This document shows, piece after piece, positions 18,925 to 29,427 of a DNA stretch of 29,427 nt. Origin of the DNA: Eledone cirrhosa (lineage: Eukaryota); assembly GCA_964016885.1 (NCBI GenBank), contig CAXHJY010001249.1, positions 1 to 29,427 on the forward strand, in the 5' to 3' direction. The notes below the pieces were generated by a model. That model was not told the DNA's origin and did no database searches. It saw only the letters and a program-made list of their open reading frames with translations. Every line of letters begins with the position of its first letter. Positions within the stretch are counted from its first letter, which is position 1. The position numbers and the translations under genes were made by a program.

Positions 18925-18961
18925 GTGGAACTACTTATATATATATATATATATATATCAT

Positions 18962-19103
18962 TCATTTTATTAAGGATAAACAGTGAGTCTTGTTACTCTG
19001 GAGTTTCGTCTGTTTATCACAGGGTCATCAGAAAAGATGATCCTGTGATAAATAGGCGAAACTCCTGAATAAGAAGACTCATTATTTAACCTTAATAAAA
19101 TGA
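18962..19103. repeat. Inverted repeat with 68-bp arms, each a degenerate hammerhead + AATAAA module
   Basis: 18962-19029 vs 19036-19103, 9 mismatches; the minus strand has CTGATGA...GAAACTCCAGAGTA. Confidence 0.85.
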
Positions 19104-19248
19104 TTACTAAAACGCTTCTTCGGTATTGAGTACTCTTTACTCTCAGCCACGAACCACATACGGATATATATACAAATATATATAATATATATAAAAGGTA
19201 AACAGAAATAATAATAATAAATAAATAAACACACACACACACACACAC

Positions 19249-19286
<38 letters not shown>

Positions 19287-19292
<6 letters not shown>

Positions 19293-19503
19293 TTGCAAGG
19301 TTTTTGATATGAAATAGTGTGTTGAAAAAATATGTGTGTGATGAAAGAACTTTGATAGACTATATATACATTTATATCTATATTTTTAACCGTTGGCCTT
19401 GTGGCTATATTAGAAATTACTGGCCTTGTGCCTATACTAGAAATCATTATTATTTCTTGCAATCTGGCAGCAGTATTATAACAGTATGACCCTCCCCAAA
19501 TAT

Positions 19504-19587
<84 letters not shown>

Positions 19588-19754
19588 TTGTTTTGCAAGG
19601 TTTTTGCAATGATAAACATTGATTGCCAGATAAATTAACTATAAATATATAAAAGATACAAAAGCGAAAGCCAATCCAAACCAAACAGTGTGTGTGTTCT
19701 ATTATTATTTCTGGCAATGTTATAACAATATGACACTCCCCAAATATAACAATA
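19287..19754. repeat. Cluster of rearranged halves of the 1571-1690 repeat plus a 27-bp tandem duplication
   Basis: See matches to 1571-1690; TGGCCTTGTG..TATA.TAGAAAT x2 at 19394-19447. Confidence 0.75.
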
Positions 19755-20760
19755 TAATATAATATATATATATATATATATATAATATTAAGGATACTAT
19801 TTATGGTTATGTATATTTTAAACTTTTTATAGTTATGTATATTTTAAACCTTAAACAGTGAAGGTCAGTAATTTATTACTACCTTATTACCAGTAAGATA
19901 AATAGCTCAATGTAATAACAACAGTTGTTCTACAGAGCAGTATATAGAATTCACAAGAATCAAAGCTATGTTCAAAGCATTTATTCACTTACATTGTTTC
20001 ATCCAAACCTTGGCTTGGAGTCTTCGGAGCATTTTTCAATGTTTGTACATATAATTGACCCCCTTTCCAACGCAAGAGACATACAGATACATATATATTG
20101 ATGTACAGTGGAGTGACATATATTATACAGCAATTCAAATTCAAAATCAAAATCAAAATACATTCGGCAGATAACACAGATAATGCAAGAGGTTAGTTTG
20201 GTAGTCAGATCTAGTAGGTAGTGTATGCGTTAGTTACACATGGAGCATGCAAGTGTGTCTCATTTATATACGATTATTGTGTGGCAAGGTGTTACATGTA
20301 ATGCAAGCACTTTAAGCGGGTAAGCAAGAGTATTATGGTGGTTGTAGTGGTAGGGTATTTTTTGTATAGATCAAAAAAGTATGTGTGCAGAGAAAGAAAA
20401 AGAAGAAGAAAAAGAAAGTTATGGTTTTCGTATCCACCACCATTTTCACATTCAGAAAAAGGAAGGTATAGTTTTTACATCCATCACATAAGTAACGATG
20501 ATTCGTATTGAATGTTTGATGCATTAAATTATTGTAGCGTATTGAGGCTCAGTGTTATTTAATCCATATTTATAGAATAGGTTCTTTCTGCTGCAAGAAT
20601 TTACAGTAAATTCTCAGATGTGAGAAAAACCACAGACCCTCCCTCTCAACTCTACTTTTGAAAAGCAGAAGAACTGCGAAACCGGTAAAGGAACCAAATA
20701 AATATATATATATTTAAAAAAAATAAGACCCCAGTTGCATTTTCGATTTCATCTTTTTTT

Positions 20761-20804
<44 letters not shown>

Positions 20805-21659
20805 TATATGAGATATATGTAGGATTCAGATGACATGTACTGACATAACACATAACAAGTCTCTTCAGTACCACTTTTCTTTGATGTGGGTCTTCTGGAA
20901 TGCTGAGTGTTAGTCACGCCCTCTGTAATAAACGTAGCAGTAGACCTCAAGTGGCATTAGATTACAATTAGTTGTGGTATGACGTCTTATCTTTTCAGAT
21001 AGATCTATCATTTTTGCTGTCGTCACCCGTTTCTGTTTGTTGTTGTTATTGTTGTAGGTTATCAGGTTTGCCATATTAAATGTAAGGAAAAGAAAAATAT
21101 GTATTTTCACTGTCACGTTTATTTATTTGTTCTTATTCGTCTTTTTTATTTGAGAGATAGAGAGAGAGAGATGGGGTGGAACAAAGCAAGGTTTGTTGAT
21201 TATCAAAAATATATTTAATTGGAAACGCCCCCACAAAATAAGACAAAAATATTTGTGAAAAAAATGACAAAAACAACCAACAACGACAACGACAACAACA
21301 ACAACAAAAATGTAACAAAAGAATCTTGTAGAAGAAATATGTTTCGATAATATGATAGAATGTAGGATTGGTATTTGTGGCGGGACTTCAAACTAAATAT
21401 AAACTTTATTCAATTCAAATTTTCGAAATAAGTTTACAATGCCACAATGACAAAAGGAAAGAAAGAAACATAAAAAAAAAAAATTAGAAGGAAAAAAAGA
21501 AAGGTCTGAAAACGAAAAGAAGTAACACCTCCCCCCCACCCCACGAAATGGGGAGGCAAGAAACTATATACTCTTGGAACAGGTTGACAAAAATATTGTC
21601 GAGGGGAACAGCCAGTGATATCTACTACATCAGACATCCCCCCCCCATCCAGTAAGGCT

Positions 21660-22015
21660 CTTTTCTCAGGTGTGATACTCTCAACGCCGGAGGTCTTAAT
21701 GGTGACACACACATAAAGGAAATCGACAGGCAATACTGGGGTTTATGACCAAAGTGAAGAAGTTGGCACCAGATAAAATGTTGCAGCGTGACATCCCAGA
21801 TGTGTGAAGGATTTGCTTCTCTCAAACAAGTAATCTCGTTTTAGTATTTACCTAGACACCAAGGCCGAAAGGCTCCAGTTCAGACGTCGAGGTATATAAA
21901 ACGCACAGTGAGTATAGCCCAAACTTGTTGACAGAGGTTCACAGACGCAGAAGCTAAGGCGCAGGACGACACCAACATGAGAGCACTCATCATTAAGAAA
22001 GGTACCATTTGATGA
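21660..22015 (+). mobile_element. Possible highly decayed RTE-type LINE 3' portion
   Basis: Conceptual translations FLRCDTLNAGGLNGDTHIKEIDRQ (cf. YLGS...GG...DI..RI.KA) and QGRKAP...RTV...FTDAEAKAQDDTNMRALI (cf. RTE C-terminal AQDR..WRAL), with stops. Confidence 0.4.
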
Positions 22016-22123
22016 AGATGGCACCGAATTGAGCTACGCGCAAACGAGACGGGGTTCATCAAAAGAAGACTAAATCCTCGCACAGGTTGAACTGCATTTT
22101 ACGTTGTTTCGTTGGGTGTGGGG

Positions 22124-22320
22124 GCAGTGAAACCTTCGTTAACCCCGGCGCTCTGTAGAGGAGGGGAGGTGGGAAATTAAACGATCATTAGCCCAGTCTC
22201 GTGAGAGTGAAGGGGGTGATGCAGTGAAGCTGTCGTTAGCTCAGTCGCATTGGAGGTTGGAGGAGGGGGGAGGCCAATATAGCCTTCGTTAACTTAGTAG
22301 GATTAGTGGACGAGGGGGCA
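22124..22320. repeat. Degenerate ~49-bp G-rich tandem repeat, 4 units
   Basis: Recurring GCAGTGAA..TCGTTA.C.CAG..GGAGGGG. Confidence 0.6.
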
Positions 22321-22444
22321 TTTATAAATAAAACACTTAAAATACCATATTTTGTGGCTGTTTCTAATTAAACAGTGGAATTTCCACGTGGTCATCTTAT
22401 AAGAATACGTAGCGACATGTATTCGTGAGTTTTAGATCAAAAAA

Positions 22445-22629
22445 TAATTGTTTCTACTTTTGGCACAATGCCAGCAATTATCTCAGTGTATTACTGGTAC
22501 TTTATTTTATCGACCCCGTAAGGATGAAAGGCAAAGTTAACCTCAGCGAGATATGAACTCAGAATGTAAAGGGCCATAACTCTATACTGCAAAGCTTGGT
22601 ATCTGACGTTCTACCGATACTGCCAATCC
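22445..22629 (-). mobile_element. tRNA-derived SINE, short-tail type
   Basis: CTGGTACTTTATTTTATCGACCCCGTAAGGATGAAAGGCAAAG is the reverse complement of the core; B-box-like TGAACTC; head CTGCCAA. Confidence 0.85.
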
Positions 22630-22788
22630 TAGATACAACATGTTTAAAAGATAGACGAGATAGTTACAGCTGCAACACATTTGGTTCTATGTCTACCTCA
22701 TCATGGCTGACCAGGAACGAACCGCCACTGACATAACCGCCGACAACAACATAACAAACACCACCTTTACTACCACAGACACCAACAC

Positions 22789-22983
22789 CACCACCATAAC
22801 CAACACCGCCATAAACACCAACGTTATCACCACCAACACCATCACACTACCACCAACAACACCACCATAACCAACACCGCCATAAACACAAACGTTATCA
22901 CCACCAACACCATCACACTACCACCAACAACACCACCATAACCAACACCGCCATAAACACCAACGTTATCACCACCAACACCA
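22789..22983. repeat. 71-bp ACC-rich minisatellite, ~2.7 copies
   Basis: ACGTTATC marker at 22821, 22892, 22963. Confidence 0.9.
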
Positions 22984-23925
22984 GGATTATATTTAAATTT
23001 CTTTGCGACTACTCGAAATAAATCTTGCAACTACTGTGTTAGTCTGATTAACAGTATTTATATATTTTTTGTAATACCAACCCCAAACTTAAATTACCTC
23101 ACATATCTTTGTAGTCAGATAGAACAAACCACCACCACCACCACCACCAGGAACAATGTTAAACACACGAAAAATACTACTAAAATAATGTTTTCTGACA
23201 ATGGCTCAAACATACGGGGTTATACAAAAGATTGAGATAAACTTTCAAAATGGCGGTAAACAAGAGTAAAATAATTTCATTGTCGAGCAATTCTTTGTCT
23301 TCCACTCTCTCTCTCTCTTTCGTTTTCTTTTTTTGACCCTCTCTCGCTTTCTTACCCCCGCCCCTCTCTCTCTCTCTCTATATATATATATATCCCTCTT
23401 TGTCACATTATTTTTCCTGCTCTCAGTCATATGTTATCATGTGACATGGCATGTATGTAGATAAAGGACAAAACAACAACGAAAAAAAGCCTTAAATGTT
23501 GACAAATGTATGGAGATACCGTAAATTGTAAAATAAAGGTGTGAAGACCCCCCACCCCGCCCCGCCCTTTCTGTTTGAAATCGTTGCATTGTTGACTGGT
23601 AACAGGGTCCATTATTATCAAAGGTGAAACAACGGGATCATTTACGAAGGAGGGAATTTCGAGATTTATCACTTGGTGAGAGATAGCAATTGCGCTGACT
23701 TGACACACACATACCTGTATTCGTGCTGTGCATTATGACAATAGTTTTGTTTATTTTAATATACACCAGGTCCGAACACAATGGAACCAAACTCTCACTG
23801 TCTCTGCCCCCGTTTCTCTCGTTCTCCCCATATCTCAGAAATTCAGAATATGAAAAAAAACAAAAAACCAAATATTATTGAAGCCAGTTGCCAGGACGAT
23901 AAAATTTCAATTGTATTGTTTGTAT

Positions 23926-24035
23926 GGGCATTTTAAAAACCTGGTGGAGCCCAACACCGCTCCAAGTCTGAACGTAGCAGATTTCTTCTTCTTCTTCTTC
24001 GAGAGAGAGAGCGAGAGAGCGAGAGAGAGAGAGAA

Positions 24036-24067
<32 letters not shown>

Positions 24068-24250
24068 AAAGAGAGAGAGGGGGAGGATACAGAAGATGTG
24101 AGAAAGAGAAATAGAGGAAAAAATCGAACCTGGCATTGGAAGAGTACGTATTTTATCGTTGGGATTTGAATTTTGAGAGCGAAGAGAACCGGAAGAAACA
24201 CCGCAAGGCATTCTATCCGGCGTTCTAACGATTCTGCCAATTCCTTACCT
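23926..24250 (-). mobile_element. tRNA-derived SINE with internal (CT)/(CTAT) tract and 3' module
   Basis: Head CGTTCTAACGATTCTGCCAA, GATTTGAA B-box, partially deleted core, GA tract 24001-24085; module matches 12845-12905. Confidence 0.7.
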
Positions 24251-24816
24251 TAATATTGAACATAACAGATATATATATGTGAAAAGGAAAGGAGCCGATC
24301 GTCAGATCGAATCAAGGAAACAATGTTTAAATTGCCATTTCCCAGGTTTGGGGGCTCCCTCATACACAAAAAATTAGAATACACAGCAAACCTTCCAATT
24401 TTACATATCAAACTTAAATTTGACAAGTATTTGGAATTAGAAAGTTATACATACAGGTAAATAAATTGAAAAATTTTAACCCTCCTAAAACTAAAAAGCC
24501 CAGCTGAGGGCACAAATAAATGGCTAGGGCCGTCGCTGATGCCCCCACTCCCACTGCAGGGGGCTGGGACAATTTCCTCTTTTAAATCCCCATTAAATCC
24601 GGCCATGGCCTTTCCACAGTATTAGTTATCATTTATTGAAGGTAATGGAAGCTGGACTACAAAAAGCTTTGGTTCTATACCTCTCTAGCCTTCCTTCATA
24701 CTCTGAAACCATAGATATTTAAAGTCCATTGTTAAGTTCTCGCAGTCTAGGGTCTGTTGTTGTCATATCATATGCAGATGTTAGATCATGAAGCGGCTGT
24801 CCTTGAGGGTGGGTGG

Positions 24817-24847
<31 letters not shown>

Positions 24848-25015
24848 GGTCATAGTTAAAGCAGTGATTTACCAAAAGCTCTTGGGACGCTGTGCACCCA
24901 TTAGTTGACGACAAGCTAGTCGGTACCTGGAAATTCATGTTCGAGCTGGTTTTGACATTTGCACCACAGAGCACCAAAACAAACTCTGGAGTTGAACCCT
25001 TTACAGAAATTATTG

Positions 25016-25568
25016 TGTGTGTGTGTGTATATGTATATATATATATATACATATATATACATATACATATATATACATATATACATATACATATATATAT
25101 ACATATACACATATATACATATATATATACATATACATATATATATACATATACATATATATATACATATACATATATATATACATATATACATATATAT
25201 ATACATATATATATACATATATATATACATATATACATATATATATACACATATATACATATATATACACATATATACATATATATACACATATATACAT
25301 ATATATACACATATATACATATATATACACATATATACATATATATATATACATATATACATATATATATATACATATATAAATATATATATATATACAT
25401 ATATACATATATATATACATATATAAATATATATATACATATATACATATATATACATATATACACACATATATACATATATATACATATATACATATAT
25501 ATACACATATATACATATATATACACATATATACATATATATATACATATATAAATATATATATATAA
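25016..25568. repeat. Degenerate TA/CA microsatellite array
   Basis: Seen directly. Confidence 0.95.
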
Positions 25569-25758
25569 ATATATACATGATTAAATGCGACAAACACTAT
25601 GTACCAACGTTCACACAGAAAGATGAAATTTATCACCTCGTGCACCGCTAGTCAAACGTGGTAACCGTGTATTGAATAGAAACAACAGTCCAACACACAC
25701 AACTTAATAAGCTCGACTTGTGAGGGAGCAGAAATATAAATGAAAATTAGAGTTAAAT

Positions 25759-29427
<3,669 letters not shown>

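Noticed and set aside
20714-20950. 78-aa ORF as a possible host exon
   Set aside because: No recognisable domain, and it ends in microsatellite
22789-22983. CRISPR-like regular repeats
   Set aside because: Whole 71-bp units are near-identical with no unique spacers, and the context is eukaryotic
24525-24607. Possible hAT MITE (TAGGGCCG...TAAATCCGGCCATG)
   Set aside because: TIR match too short and no TSD found
24892-25015. LVGTWK peptide resembling a lipocalin/FABP motif; possible minus-strand exon with CAG/GTACC donor
   Set aside because: No further family residues and it runs into microsatellite; chance match likely

Overview
Non-coding, repeat-dominated eukaryotic DNA. Well over half is degenerate (TA)n microsatellite, and the long Ile/Tyr ORFs in the track are translation artefacts of it. 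The tRNA-derived SINE family with a CATCCTTTCG..GTCGATAAAATAAAGTACCAG core, together with kilobase-scale TA arrays, suggests an octopus or other coleoid cephalopod. That assignment is inference from recalled repeat signatures and was not searched. No host protein-coding gene could be supported. Recognisable elements are: a 5'-truncated Penelope-like element (GIY-YIG endonuclease remnant plus a minimal type I hammerhead ribozyme with a U3-A8 core variant); a 5'-truncated L1/Tx1-type LINE end (zf-RVT) sitting in (GATA)n/(GA)n; a probable decayed RTE LINE; about eight SINE copies or fragments; and a hAT-like MITE. The most striking pattern is a set of fold-back structures bordered by TA. These include a 90-bp-arm hairpin, a 68-bp-arm hairpin made of two back-to-back hammerhead+AATAAA modules, and a direct-inverted-direct triplication hidden in a TA array that is readable only from its C/G interruptions.
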